A stretch of DNA of 63,091 nucleotides, filler included, from Sphacelaria rigidula (Eukaryota), in assembly GCA_964200075.2 (NCBI GenBank). It is 3 parts of 3 records of this genome, joined end to end, with 100 filler letters (N's around TTAATTAATTAA, not from the genome) between each part and the next. Parts side by side here need not be neighbours in the genome. Positions count along the whole stretch, not along the records: positions 1 to 21,000 come from CAXNAA020000475.1; 2 more parts are not named here. One strand, given 5' to 3'. A program made the translations under genes and the position numbers. The notes under the pieces were generated by a model. It saw only the letters and a list, made by a program, of their open reading frames with translations, had not been told where the DNA came from and did not search any database. This document shows, piece by piece, positions 1-13,239 of the stretch (the stretch's first letter is position 1; every line of letters begins with the position of its first letter).

Positions 1-469
1 CGAAAACAGCCAAACACGCCATTTTGACCGTTTTGGCTCCCGATTTTTCACGCACATCGTTCGGGGGGGGCATTGGCACCCGGGACTCGAAAAAAAACGG
101 ATAAAAAACATGTTACTCGAAAGACATGGCCAGGCGAAAACGGACATTTCGCCTCCAGAAACCGCTTTCTTTTTGTAGGCCATATTTCGCCGAGGTATAC
201 CTGATATAGGAAAAAATTTCAATCGTACCTTATCTGTGCCACCGATCGGCCGAGAACTTACCTCTGCTAGGCCATCGCCCTCTACACTGTGCCAGGGAGT
301 CTACGCGCCAACTCCAACCGGTGCCCACACATTCGGCTCTTTTCCCGCTCATTTGCCTGCCGTTCACGGTCGCCACAACGACCACGCCCCTTTCTCCCCG
401 GAAATGGTTCCCGAGTCTCTCCGCATCGACAAAATAACTGGACTCACAACTCACAACGCGTCGGCCTTT

Positions 470-1031
470 TGTGATACCGGGGTTTGTGAAACACCGTACT
501 GTTCCGATCTCGGGGCTGGTGTCACGGTCAAGCTAGGCTCTTCCGTCACGAACGGGCGGTTGTCACATCATCGATGGTTGGTTCAAGCTAACGGATACAG
601 TACTGGCGGTCAGGCATATACTGCAGAAACAGGAAGAAAACTAATGGGCGTAAGTCGCTGAACGCACGCACACCCCGCCGAACCCGCGTGAATCGTCCTT
701 GAGAGTACTTCAAACTGCTCAATTACCCCGAACATCATGACACCCATTTTCTTCCCTTCTTTTCCGCTGTCGCCATAATGTAGTAGTGGTTGGGCCGCCT
801 AAGAAGTTCACGTTCCTTCAGCTCGTTCGAACTGACGATGTATCGCGAGTTGTGCCAGTAGAGATAACCAGCGTTGTCCTACAAATGTCCATCCTTGATA
901 TTACTTGATTAGAGTGTGCACAACGAGAATCGGATTTAAGGTACGGCTGACGGTCCCGTGTGCTACTCGCGTGCGCAGTTTTCGTCGAAATCGGCGCCAC
1001 AGGAGCTGATTTGGGGTCTGCAAGGGCCACA
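470..1031. mobile_element. Probable solo LTR of an LTR retrotransposon (562 bp)
   Basis: Begins TGTG (470) and ends CACA (1031), i.e. TG...CA with short inverted termini. Flanked by an identical 4-bp direct repeat CTTT (466-469 and 1032-1035). No convincing ORF inside. Confidence 0.55.
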
Positions 1032-2611
1032 CTTTGATGGGCAGCCATGACGTCATCTACCCCCCCCCCCCGCGATCCATCCGTGAAAGAAACTCATATT
1101 GCAACTCTCACTCTGTTCTATTCTGGAACCAAGTGAAAACTCTGCACAAGGGCGATCAGAGAGGTAAATATCTTCACGTGGGAGCACAACACCGAAAAAT
1201 ATCCGATCGATTATGATAGGAGAAAACTACAGCAACTGCCCCTGTCATTTTCAGACCGTCGTGGTAACGGCCACGCTAAGTCTGGCACTGTGAGGGAGGA
1301 GACGTTGCCCCCTGCTCGAACAGGTCCGCAGTGGTCCTTTACAGAAGACACTCTTCTCCTTGGCTGCGTTGTGCGGTCGCGTCTTGCTCGGCACGGCATA
1401 TAAAACTCGAGGGCATTTGCCTCGAACATATGGAAAACCTCAACTAGTGATTATTTTCCGCCTTGGTGCCCGCCTCGACCAACTGGGGTCCGATGTAAAC
1501 AACAAGGATGGCGAGATCTACTCCTGCCTCGGCGGGGATTTTCCTCTAGAATTGTCATCAGAAAGTGTTCTTGTTTTCGGAATCACTGCAGCATCGTGCA
1601 TAATCATCCTTTCAAGCCATGCAGCGCACAAAACGCCTTGGATCGACGAAATTGCTGCGTCGACACCTACCCGCGGCTTTAGTCCACCCATACGTCAACT
1701 TTCAGTATCATTAAACGGCTGGTGTACTGTGTTGGGGCGCCTAATGCAATAGACAAAAGATTCCATACTGTACGCAGTACATTTTTCGGCCGTGTATTCT
1801 ATTGTCCAGGGTGTGCTAATCTCCGAAGTACCGCTTCTATATTTTTGAAAAGTGGGTAACACCGTACTGTGTACAGTCCTGTGACGGGTGTATAGAGGTT
1901 CTATCATAGGTGGGGCCCAACAGTTTCATGGCACTCTCCGTGGGGGGCGGTACTGAGGCGACCAATTACAGGGCGTGAACCGAATAATGATTGTGACAAA
2001 AAGCGTTATCTTATCCCGACGAGGCATGGCCAATCTACGCTGACTAGACTCCTTGCGAGGTGTTGAGAGGGTCCCACGTGTCGGTCATCCGTGCCGTTGA
2101 TCGATGTTGAAAGTTCCAACTGGGTGTTCACCTTTCAATCCCAAACACAAGGTCAAGCCCAAAGTCAAAGGGCCGGTACGACCTGCAGAACACTGGAGAT
2201 GTTTATTACGTTGCTGCTGGCATACCGTTCATGAGAGCCGCGGTGCTTTGCAGCATAAGAATGGAGAAAGCAGGCGCAAGACCTCCGCCGTCAAACAAGT
2301 TGAAAGAAAAGGAGGCCAAACGCTTTAGCGTGTTTGTTATGGAACACCAGTATTGTTTTGTTCCGTGTTGCCCTGTTGCCTGCTCGGTGTTGTGAGAGCT
2401 AGTTTAAAATAGAAATGCCATAGTACAGTAGTATAGTACACTCACCGCCCAAACTAGACGGATGCTTGCATGTGCATACTACCCTATACAGCATTATACT
2501 GTCTATATGCACCGGCCCTCGGCATGATCATCGAGCAGTGCTGACTGTACTCCTTCCTGTTCGTAGTTTAGTGTCGTGTCCTACCCGAGACAGTCGACAC
2601 AACAATCAACC

Positions 2612-2653
2612 GACAACAACAACAACAACAACAACAGCAGCAGCAGCAGCAGC
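2612..2653 (+). repeat. Compound microsatellite (ACA)n(GCA)n
   Basis: Visible run acaacaaca...gcagcagca. Confidence 0.9.
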
Positions 2654-4699
2654 ACTCACATGTACTTTGCCAGTACTCTCATATATACTAGCTATGCAAG
2701 CCTTGCTTGTCACACTGCTCTTGGGCCGCAGAACAGTGCGACAGAGGGTTGATGTTTGACTCGATTCTTCTCGACAGGTCTTCAACAGCCGGCACAAAAG
2801 GGAGTTGTAGAGAGATAGGTGAAACTGTATTCATGCGGTACAGGGGATATACAGCATTACGTTATACATTGTATATCTACGATTTTTCTTGCTTTTGACA
2901 TACAGTGTCGTAACTCTACTGTTGTACTTTGCAATAGTTTTGAACCCAACAAGGTGGCAACACAAAGCGAAGCGCCGCTGCGTTTACACTATACCATACT
3001 AGCTGTGCCGTGCTGGAGACATTTGCCAAGGAGTCTGTGGATAGTCGGGAGCACTACGTTACTGCATTTGCTGTACAATAGGCCATACAGCAGCCACGGT
3101 GCGGTCAGAGCAGTGCAACACCCCGAGCTTCTGGTGTCAGGTCAACAGACGAGCTCAACAGTCAGCTCAGGTAAGTTATCTATCGATATGATATAGTATC
3201 CTAGATTAGTTTGCTTTCAAAAAGACACCAGTACCCTGCTCTTCACCTCATGGTGTGTAACTAGCACCAATTATCCGTGAGTCGGCGTGGGCGGAGTAGC
3301 ATAGCTTTCAACTGTTGGTTCAGAGGAGGGTCGCCTCTTCTTCTCCGCATTTTTGACGTATGTTACTACACCAGTTGTAGTACAGCTTGCATTCTGCCGG
3401 ACATATCTCATCACGAGAAAAAAACAGTCAAATGCCATCCATGACAACCGATCATTCTTTCTTCAGCAACGATTCATCCCAGAATGATCACCGACGCAGA
3501 ATAGCCAATATCAGGCTGCTGAGAGATGAGGACGTGTATGCACATTGCGAATGGACGTTGAGGGGTGCCAATATTGTAGGTGCATGGTGCTTACGGTGAT
3601 TGATGTACAGGAGATGAGGGCAAATGTTGTGGGGGCAGAAAATGCTGAGGGAAGCTCGTTTTGCAGGAAAGCGGGAAGTCTACACCCACAGTTTGTTGAG
3701 TACATTGGACATTCGACGCGCGATGTACAGTAATTGGTTCTTACATGTAATTTTTGTATTGAGCGGCAGTGGCGTTCAGTCAGAGCGCTTCTTCCGCTTT
3801 CTGGACTTCCACTTCAGAGTGACTAATATATCTTCCTTGAAAAACTACATAGTTTATATACCACAGGTGTGCAACGTACCGAGATAGCTCAGACACCAAA
3901 AATCAACTCACCGACAGCGGGTGCATGACCCCTCCTTGCACTGCTTGTTGTTTGCACTGCAGTACTTGTATCTGTACCGTACTGGCTGTACTGTTGTACG
4001 GTACTATCATCCATCTGACCTCATTGAGACTGGCTAGACCTCTCTAGCCGAGGTGTGGTGGAGCAGCATCTATGATGCATGGTGTACCGTGCCGAGGAAT
4101 TCTTATTTCGTTTCTTGAGACAGAAATCCGTACTGTGTCGGGCCGTAGTTCTGTCTGACGTCGGAGGTATCCCCCACACGGCAGGTCTAGCACATCTCAC
4201 AATACATGGGCTTTTGTATGTGCTGAACAGAACCGTACAGTTCAGCACGCAAGAAATTACTGGGTCCCTCGACTCGTGGGATCGAGATGATAGATAAGGT
4301 CTGCCTACTACGCCCCGGCATGATGGCGACTTTCGCCTCGACGTGACAGCAACAAGCCGGACGAGTGTCGCCCGTCGCGGCGCGCTGGGCAGTTTACGCA
4401 AGGTAGCTGGGCAGTTTACGCAAGGTAGCTGGGCAGTTTGTGCATCAGAACATGCTAGACTGTACCTCTCGGTCAGCATGTGTGAGATACAAATAGAAGT
4501 AGAATAGTTCAAGGTTTGGATCAGACCAGTACCTCATGTACGGTAGGGCAGTCCGACACTCGACACTTTTGGTACCGTGGGCGTGTGGATGAAGTTGATA
4601 TATACGATGTCTGTGTTGGGCTATTTTCGGAGCTCGATTTCCTGTCCTCTCATGATGTAGCGTCTCACTGCACAGGCTGTACAGTGTTGTCGCCCCATT

Positions 4700-4781
4700 T
4701 ATTCTGGGCACCAGTCTACACCTTTCGGTACATGTGGGCGCATCAGCCGAGGTCACACAGGAGGAAGGTCAACACAGGAGC
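4700..4781 (-). repeat. Fragment of the SINE 3' tail
   Basis: tattctgg...ccagtctacacctttc...tgtgggcgca...gtcacacaggagg is closely similar to 32081-32161, the tail of SINE copy 2. Confidence 0.65.
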
Positions 4782-4989
4782 GTACAGGGCAGTAGTACCG
4801 ATGTGTATGGGGACAAAACCCTGATCTCCAGAAGAACATATCTCTGCAAATACAGTTGAGTCAAATTTGCGAAAGGCGCGGGACGATTTGGCGCAACTTT
4901 GATCGGCACAAATATGCAGTTTCTAATTTCCAGAAGAATCGCATCTGTGCAAGATACGGTCGAATCATGTTTGCAAGGCACAGCGGGTA

Positions 4990-5217
4990 GCCCCGGTGGC
5001 TCAGTTGAAAACCTCGAAACTTTTGACGGTTGGGACGTGGGTTCAAATCTCGGAGCGATCTGGGATTTTCCTCACACCATGCCCAACAGTGAAGAGCGAC
5101 TACATCGTGGGTACACAAAAGGCGACTCGATGGTCGACAAGGGAAAAGGACTGCACAACATCTGGCGATAAAAAATAAAGGAAAACACCGCAGAAGTAAA
5201 CTAGAGAAAAATACAGG
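4990..5217 (+). mobile_element. tRNA-derived SINE, copy 1 (3'-truncated)
   Basis: tRNA-like head GCCCCGGTGGCTCAGTTG with A box (TGGCTCAGTTG, 4997-5007) and B box (GGTTCAAATC, 5040-5049). The non-tRNA body (gagcgactacatcgtgggtacacaaaa...ggtcgacaagggaaaagg) aligns by eye with the reverse complement of about 32180-32407. Confidence 0.7.
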
Positions 5218-5261
5218 CTGGTTCACGCTTATCACTCATAATTGTGTCAACAGCAAATGTC

Positions 5262-5850
5262 TTCCGCAATACCTACCCAATAGTCGCATACATGATATCA
5301 TTCTGACCGCCATGGACAGCGGAAGAGCGTGACATAGCCGGATTTGTGTGTAAGACCATAGTGGTAGCGCTAAGGGCGAAAAGGTATATCGACCAATCAG
5401 CGCCCGTCAAACCGTTCCGAGATCAAAAATACGAATGCGAAGCCCATTTTTCACCCAATCTCCACATGATTCAAATCGTAGTAACCGTCATCGGCTCGGG
5501 AATCGAACGAAAAAAACATATTTGAAAATAGTTGCTACGGGGGTCGAATTATACCCGGAACCGTGATGTTTCGGTGATGTCGGGTGTTGGGTCGTCTAAT
5601 TTCCATTCATGATGCGCACGAAAGTCCCGGCGAGCCTCGTGACGGTGTCCCCTATATCTGTTGTAGAGAAGCTCAGACCGCCCTCAAACTTGGCAGTTCC
5701 GTAGGTATTAGTGCTCTAGATGGAAATAATTGTATTCTTGTCAATATTTCATGGTTTCTCCGCTCTTTACCGGCTTCCGGGGGTCCCAGTATGAAGACCC
5801 GCCAGGAGGCGATACAGAATGCCCCAAGAGAAAAGTAATAAAACGATGCC
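5262..5850 (+). repeat. Dispersed repeat (degenerate TE), copy A
   Basis: Colinear diverged match to 13801-14430 (tccgcaatacctacc...ctgaccgccatggacagc...ccctcaaacttggc...ccggcttccg). Confidence 0.7.
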
Positions 5851-6347
5851 TCCCGGGAGAGTCCCAGGAACACATGTTCAACGTTTGGTGAAGAAACTCG
5901 AAAACCTCATCCCAGAAACCGTTTCGATACTATAACCAAGTAGTCAGGAGTTGCACGTTTCAAGGCCACGCCCTCCGCAAACGCGCAAACCTTGACGCCA
6001 TTATTAGGAGTCAGATCCTGAAACTTTGCACAAATATGTCATGTATCATTTCGCAACTTTCGATGGACGCTGTTTATTTACTTCCTGAGTTTTTCACCGT
6101 TTTTCGGGGGTGCGACGGGATCCAAGTCGATTTTCGAAGTAGTCTCCATACTGGGACCCCGGAAAACCGGCACTACAATGTTCTTACTCATTTATTCGTA
6201 AACAAGCTGTCGCCGCTTAACCCAAGGAAGGGCCCTACATGATTTCGTCGTAAAAGTCGATCAACTGATCCTTGAAATCCAGGATTCTCATCTCCCGCGC
6301 TACGGAGTTTGTTGAAACGATAGTTGATACGAGACAATCACATTATG

Positions 6348-7304
6348 CAAGGTTGTGTTCTGTAGGGTATGAGATTCCTTACAGCAACTGAAAAACTGCC
6401 CGGTATCGGTGTAAACGTCTTACAGAACGACAGAACTTGTTGGGTAGGGTATGGGAGGCTTGCAAAACTTACAGAGTGTCGGGTAGGGTATGGAGGCTGC
6501 ACAGAAAACCGCATCCCCAACCGGGTATGTTATCAGGAGAATACCCGTGCCCCTGTTAACGGTACGGGAGGCTTGGAAAATTCACAGAACTATCGGGTAA
6601 GGGTATGAAAGCCTCACAGAGTTTACAGAACTGTCGGGTAATGGTATGGATGGTTTACAGAAAACCGTAGCCTCACCAGGGTATTTTTGTACAGGTATGT
6701 ATACCCGTGCTCCGGTTACGGGTAAGGGAGGCTTACAGAACACACAGAACTACCGGGTACGGGTTTGGTAGGCTCACAGGAGTCACAGAACCGTACCCTC
6801 TCATAGAGTACATGAAGGAGCTTTAACGGCTGTCCGCTCTCTGGAAGCCCCTCGGCACCACAAAATCGTCGATGGCCTTGACGACTTCTGGTGGCAGCTC
6901 ATACTCTCTGCCGTTCATGTCGATAACGGCCTGGGGTTTGGTGACAACGGCACAAGCACCATCAACGTCGATGGCTTAGGTCTTGCTACTTTGTCCTCCT
7001 GGTGGCGGAGATGACCCGCCCCCGCTCGAGCCACCTCTCGAGTCTTGCGATACGTCGTAACCCGTAAGATGTGACCCGTTAGATTTCAAACTAAGGACTG
7101 TTGCAACTGTGAAAATCGTTGCTGCGCAGTTTTGAATGAAGGAAATGGGTGGGTTGCTTGATGGGAGGTACGTGTTCAGATCATGACGCTGTGTTTGGAT
7201 TTAACCTATACCCATATCTCCATCTCCCCAAGGTTTGTTCATATACATTCGTTCATACCCATGCCGCTAATGAAGCAAAGTGAAGCACAAGTTGCACAAC
7301 CTTG
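6348..7304. mobile_element. Possible internally deleted DNA transposon (hAT-like) with a ~39-bp subterminal tandem array
   Basis: 10-bp inverted termini CAAGGTTGTG (6348) / CACAACCTTG (ending 7304). 6360-6800 is a ~39-bp tandem array (ttacagaac...gggtagggtatgggaggc). The minus strand of about 6825-7050 reads as a stop-interrupted coding-like remnant (…KPQAVIDMNGREYELPPEVVKAIDDFVVPRGFQ). No clear TSD. Confidence 0.4.
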
Positions 7305-8669
7305 ACTTCACGAATACCGGGACGGGACGTCAAGTGGAACTTGTCTTAAGGTGTATATGAGTACATCGGTACAGAGCTCGCATGTAGTTACCCGTGTCCA
7401 ACACTGACTTCACCCTAGTGTTTTTTTTTCTGTTTTTCAGAGACGAGAGGAAGGCTGATTGATGTAGTTGAATTTCGAAGCAAGTACGGTACCCAAATGT
7501 CAATTGTTGTTATAATCTGTCTCACGTGCGGCATTCAGCGACATTGTGCACCGAAAGAGCATTACGAGGCCCATACAGCTTGGATTCGCAGACATGAGCT
7601 GTGTGCGGCGAAGGCTGCGTGCTCACCCTCTGTGTTGCTTTCAGACACGCTTTGGTCGCATCATGTCTTGTCAGATCCCCCGCCCAGTGTCGACAATGTC
7701 TTGACAATATCTTGATAATATAGGGTTTCATATGCAGGAGTTTTCCAGATTGGTATCCTCCGTGTCACCACAGCTGGACTCAAGGCGACTTACTCATTGT
7801 GCTTGAGTGACATCAGTAATATCATTTGCCAATCTCGACTAGTGCAGAAATTGGAGTATTGTGACCCTTGAGCAGAATATAATTTCCACCTATAGGAACG
7901 AGAGAGAAACCCTTGCCTTGGGCAGGCAAGACATATATCCATCCATATATCTCTCAGTGCACCGAGATGGAAGAGCTAAGTGAATGGCGAAACCATAGGG
8001 GATGAAAACCAAACTATTGCGAGGAGCTACTAACCCAGTCTTGAGCTTGGTCGATGGCTGATGTGTACCCCTAATATTACTGCTAGTACGCCCTACCGGT
8101 ATGTCCAGCGACAGTAAATATTAGACATCGTATATTAGACAGTACAGCGTGAGTTCTGTCCAACGGCATTTCAGATTTCAGAGTGGAAATGTCCGAAAAG
8201 TACATTTGTTATGCCAGTTTTGGGGAGATGTCCATCGTCAATTTTCGCGCTGTGATGGTTAGAGACGAGCTGTACGTCCTGGAAGAAGTGACTATTTGAT
8301 GGTCATATTCTATAGGTATATATCTGTAGATAGCTGTGATTGCGTGCTCCATCGCGTCTATTGACTCTTTTTTAGTTTCTGGAGAATAATAAACAACTTG
8401 ACACTGGTTCAGGCAGAACGCACTACGGTACAGCCGAAGAACAGCGAATGACAAATTCCAAAGGTGCAGTATCGAACTGTTCCCCAGTACCGTGCAATAA
8501 TATCGTACAGTCGAGTGTTGCAACTAAAGTATAGTACCTTACGGTGGTACATGTTTATTTATAGTCGTACACATAACGGGTGAGTATCTCTCGTCTTTTT
8601 CATGCCAACCCCGCGCGAGTTTTGAAGTAGCTGCGCAAGAAGTTACTGCACTACTCGGCTCGGGTCCGG

Positions 8670-8707
8670 TCTGTGCTGTGCTGTGCTGTGCTGTGCTGTG
8701 CTGTGCT
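8670..8707 (+). repeat. (CTGTG)n pentanucleotide microsatellite
   Basis: Visible tandem ctgtg run. Confidence 0.9.
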
Positions 8708-9068
8708 CTCATGAGACTGCTACTGCGATTTCAAACAACTTAAATGCCTCCTGCCATATTATTGTGTGTAACTGGACGTACTTCCTTGCATGCATATTGG
8801 GAGGGTCGGGCGTTTCCATGAATCTTTGTGTGCCTGATTGCCAGGATTATTTCAACCTGAGCGCGGGTCTTGAAGATATGGCTAATGCAGGGGGGCAGGG
8901 GGTGGGGGGTGCAGAACTTGCTAGTGTTAATGCAATTGAAACCAACCTTTATGGGCACACAAGCGACCTTTCTTTAATCAGATGAGAGAAATGAGTAGCA
9001 GATAAGTCAAGAAGCAGCTTTGATTGGTCCACACATTGCGCCGCTGCGACATAGACAGCTGCTACCGA

Positions 9069-10381
9069 CAGGGTTGCACATCGGATATCGATAATGGATA
9101 CGATTTCGATAAAAATCGGCGTATGCCATATCGTTATCGGAGCGTAGAAAACCAATACATGTTATATGTATCAAAATCGAATATCGATACGCTCGATACG
9201 CTCGATATTTCTGTTCATTTTTCGTCACATTAGCTCAATTTCTCGAAACCGTCGTCACAGGAAACGCAGGGGGTGGTATTTCCCGAACGGCAGACCCCCA
9301 GTTGATGTGCAACCCCGCCCCCCCCCCCCATCCCTCACTTTACAAGGTCCCCTTCACACACCACACACCGCTGGTGCCTCGTGGGTTTGATGATATGACT
9401 CAGCGGGGGTGTTTACCAACGGTAACATACGGTTGGCGTGGCGGAGTAGATATGAGGTCACGATCAATGCAAAGCTGCAGATAACAGTGGTGGACACTGT
9501 CCTTTGGAGTATGAGGAGATGGCACTGTCGCTTTGCCTTTCCTTTATGTCTGACGAGTGTTAGATTTATTTTCCCCTCCATCCATTAGTCTGGAAATTCT
9601 AGTTTTTGCAAGCTTCGTGGGGTTTTTTTATCGGTTGGTGACATACGATTATACATTTTTTGGGATCCAAAAATGAAAAACTTGACGCATGCTGCCCACG
9701 TTTTCTGTTATTGGTAGTGAAGAACGTTGAAAAAAACGAGCTCGCGGTTGACTTTGTGCACGTTCGAGGTTTGACACCTTTTCCTTTTCTAATGAATGGG
9801 CAGAGTCGAGGTATGCGCTCATTCGATGAACACACACAGAATAATGACCGTAGACACGAAAACAGCATAACTATCTCTGGCACGGCGACGAAAGATATTC
9901 GCAAGACAGCTGTATCATCACATGCCGCCGCTGCTATGATGTCAATTGCACACTACCCGCTGCTGTACATCATGTTCCGACGGCTGTCCACTGAAAACTA
10001 CCGCAAGGTGCGTGAGATACCACACCGTCAGTAGCGATTTTCAAGGCTCGATTACTTTTTCTCGACGAGATGGTTGCAACGCCACCCAGTTCAGCCCTGG
10101 CATCGCTTCTGGTGAGGAGTAAATGGGCTTCAAAAATCTGTCTAGGGGATGTGGTATCTTATGCGACCTACAATAGTGAGTGAGGATGTCAGTGTGCAAG
10201 TGTACAGCTCGGTCTTGTACACTGCAGCCGTGCCAAAACAGCCGTATCGTATCGAATATCGATACTCGATACCTATCGTGTAATTTTCGGAAAATCGACA
10301 AAAATATCGATATCGGCGGTTGTGGTTCGATATTCTAAGAATATCTATCGAACTTCATTCTCGGTCCGATATGCAACCCTG
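9069..10381. mobile_element. Non-autonomous hAT-type DNA transposon (1313 bp)
   Basis: 17-bp TIR CAGGGTTGCACATCGGA / TCCGATATGCAACCCTG (1 mismatch). 8-bp TSD GCTACCGA (9061-9068) / GCTACCGC (10382-10389). Clusters of short TATCGA/ATCGATA motifs at both subtermini. An 8-bp TSD with CAGGG ends is typical of hAT. Confidence 0.8.
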
Positions 10382-11785
10382 GCTACCGCCAATAGATGAT
10401 GATACGGCAGCTCCGTGCTGGCTCAGTTTGTTTGTCCCAACCTGCACGCACCCGCCTGGGGTGCCTCCCCCGATCACAGTTCCCGGCTATAATTGAAGTA
10501 CCAGAGAAGACTCAATAGACAGCTGTACAGCCGTCGTGTGACGATTGTTTAAACCTTTCTTTGTTCCGACAGCACCTTGATCCCACCCCAATTATGTGCA
10601 GCCCGAAACACGGCATGCAGCAGTACGCACTCTCCAGTGCACATCGCACCGTGATCGTTGTAGAGTGTTTGGATGCCCAACAGCACAACAAGAACTACAG
10701 CATAGAAATGATGGGTTTGGGGAGCGCCTTATTCCTTTGACTCGAGACGAAACAGCCTACACACCATGAACGTTTCAACGGTGTGTAGAGAGCACTGCGT
10801 GCCGATAGCATTATTTTCCATCGAGACGAACGGAATTACAGTATAAAGCAACTCAGGTACTTCCAGCGGAGATCAAACCGTTTCCACAAAGGCCTGAAGA
10901 CGCCACAGCGCAGCGACACCTACAACACACAAGACAGAGCATGAGTGTGTTTGCGCTGCAGCACAGTGGTACAGGACATGTCCCATTCGATAGTTCTTTC
11001 CCTGATTTCAGGTGGGTCCTCGATTTTTGTCCAGTGGCGATTTTTAAACGCTCGGCCATAATCGCGCTTCGCGCGAAAACATTGTAATTCTCTTTGAGTT
11101 ACCCCTATCTGTGGGAGGTGTGAGCCTCACACAAGGGGTTTGTCATCGCAGTGGAGAATTGCAGATGGTCCTTTTCCACGCTAATTAAAAAAATATTGTA
11201 AACGGTCGACAGAAGAAGTCGATCAACAGAGAATCCGAATGACGGCATGGCGGTAGCCCGTGAAGCAAAAAGAATGGTCTCCCGAAAAAGTAATAATAAT
11301 ATATATATATACATATATATATGTATATGTATACATACGTACTCGTACTGGCGCATACTATGCGATATATATGATATCACTCTATACATGGACATACCCG
11401 GTGGTAAGCAAAGAGAGAAGAGAGGACGGGAAAGAGAAGGGGAAGCAGCCGTTCTGGAGGGCATTTTGGTTGAAATACACTAATATTAAGCAATATATTT
11501 GTCGAGAGTTGATGGTTCCTTCGCACCTCCTGCGGAAACGCACTGAAGAACTATTTCGGCATACCGCCTACTTCGTACAACCTATTTCAACCTTGCTCTC
11601 AATTGCAAAGTTCGTGCTGCTCGTTTTTCTTGCTGCATATCTGTGATCCCAACGGGTATTGATTGGGTGGGCACTGCTACTACTATTCAAGAAGCATCTG
11701 CCGGAGCTGGCGCTGCGCTGCCATACGGGTTAGTTGTCGGGTTCGGCGTAACTGTAGTTCCTGTAGCTGGGGCGGCGTGGGGACG

Positions 11786-13239
11786 ATGTCGGTATATTGG
11801 TCGGGGGCAAAGCAAGACAGCGATGGTGCAAGCGAAGGTAGCGCCTGGTCGCGGGGGCGGAGCTCACTGTTTGTGGGTTCGTTCAACATCAACTCTCAAG
11901 ACCTCACGCAAGAGGACGCCAAGAGGTGGCTTCAACACGCGGCCGATGCGGACATCGTTGCTCTTGGATTGCAGGTACTTGGACACAGTAACACCAACAC
12001 TTGCAGGACGTACGGTAAGCCTGACACTGCATCTCGACACCGGTACGTGGTGCGCTCTTAATACAGGCACTGCAGACATTGGCTAGACCTGAATAACGCA
12101 TGATGCCAATATTGCAGTACAGTTATACAGCACTATCCACGTCAATAGTACCTCATGTAGGTTGGATAACCTTCGATAACCTTGGTACAGGTGTGCCTAG
12201 AGTCGATCGGTCCTCTCTCATTGAAATGAACTGATCCTCTACGAAATATTTCATTGGCGTGGTTGTAAGATGGGAAGATGGACGTACCGTAGCCGAAGTA
12301 CTAAACGGAAACTGTCTAGAACGTATGACGGAGACTCCGGGCTCGTCCCAAGGGGATGAGGGGGGGTAGGGGCAAAAGTACGGAAACCAAGTGACAAAAG
12401 CATACTTGAACACAAGAGTTGTCCTGCTCTGCTTGCAAAGGGTCCAAAGCACAAGTTGTTCAGATAGCAATGTCTGCGTTTTCGCATGCTGAGAGCGTAC
12501 TGAACGCACAAAGCAACACGCGAAGTAAAGGTGTTGTTGATGTTGTCAGTGCTCTTTCTGCCTCTCAAAGAGGGCTTCGCGGCGATTTAGCGAATGATTT
12601 ACTGCAAAAATGTTCATAATATCAAGTTGCAACACGTGACACGACACGGCATTGGACAGGAGTGTGCGGTAGTGCCAGCCAAGCCTTTCCCTTCACCGAC
12701 CAATGGCAAAGCCGTCTCCATGTGGCGGGATGCCCAAAAAGCGATGCTACAGAGGGTTTCGCCAGAACCAGTCGCTCACAACATGTCCGACACAACATCA
12801 GCAGCGACCATGGCTGACGAGGAGGGCACACATTTGCGGAGTCCGTCGGCCTTGGCAGGACTCGTGCAGGCGGTGGTGGATAATAAGAAATCTAGCGGGA
12901 ATCACAACGTGTTCCATGTTCTGCCGCCGCTGAACGTAACGAAGACAGCCGACCAACAAGTGCCGTCGCCAGAGTCGCTTGAAGCAGGTTTGGAGAAGGA
13001 GGCCCCATTGCTGTGCCTGCATCCGTCAGCAAGTGGTACATCCGAAGAAGATAATCCGGATAGCCCCTCGACTAGCATGGACGGGTCTGACCAAGGCTTG
13101 GTAAATCGACGCCAGATGTTCTCGGGGAAGAACGAGGACGGGTCTACAGGCATGAGGCAGGAGTCTTATTACTTGAGGGGTGTGGTGGAGGCCGAAAGAG
13201 ACGAGAGCCTGCTGAGAACGATTAGTGACTGCATTCCAG
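11786..13239 (+). CDS. Inositol polyphosphate 5-phosphatase family protein, N-terminal part only (partial or pseudogene)
   Basis: Exon about 11786-11974 encodes LFVGSFNIN...WLQHAADADIVALGLQ. A GT (11975)...AG (12659) intron joins it to exon 12660-13239 starting E, restoring the 5-phosphatase DxxxxGLQE motif. Start codon is uncertain and the downstream catalytic exons were not found. Confidence 0.65.

Noticed and set aside
2770..4620. Scattered AG...GT exon-like segments on the plus strand
   Set aside because: Could not be joined in a consistent phase and show no recognisable domain.
4990..5060. Functional tRNA gene
   Set aside because: A and B boxes are present but the cloverleaf is poor, there is no poly-T terminator, and homology with a second copy extends far downstream, as expected for a SINE.
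6360..6800. CRISPR-like or telomere-like array (gggtagggta)
   Set aside because: Degenerate contiguous 39-bp units, neither repeat-spacer nor a pure telomeric repeat.
7713..8081. Second solo LTR or TIR element (gataatatagggt ... acccctaatattac)
   Set aside because: Termini are only loosely inverted and there is no TSD, so it cannot be supported without a search.
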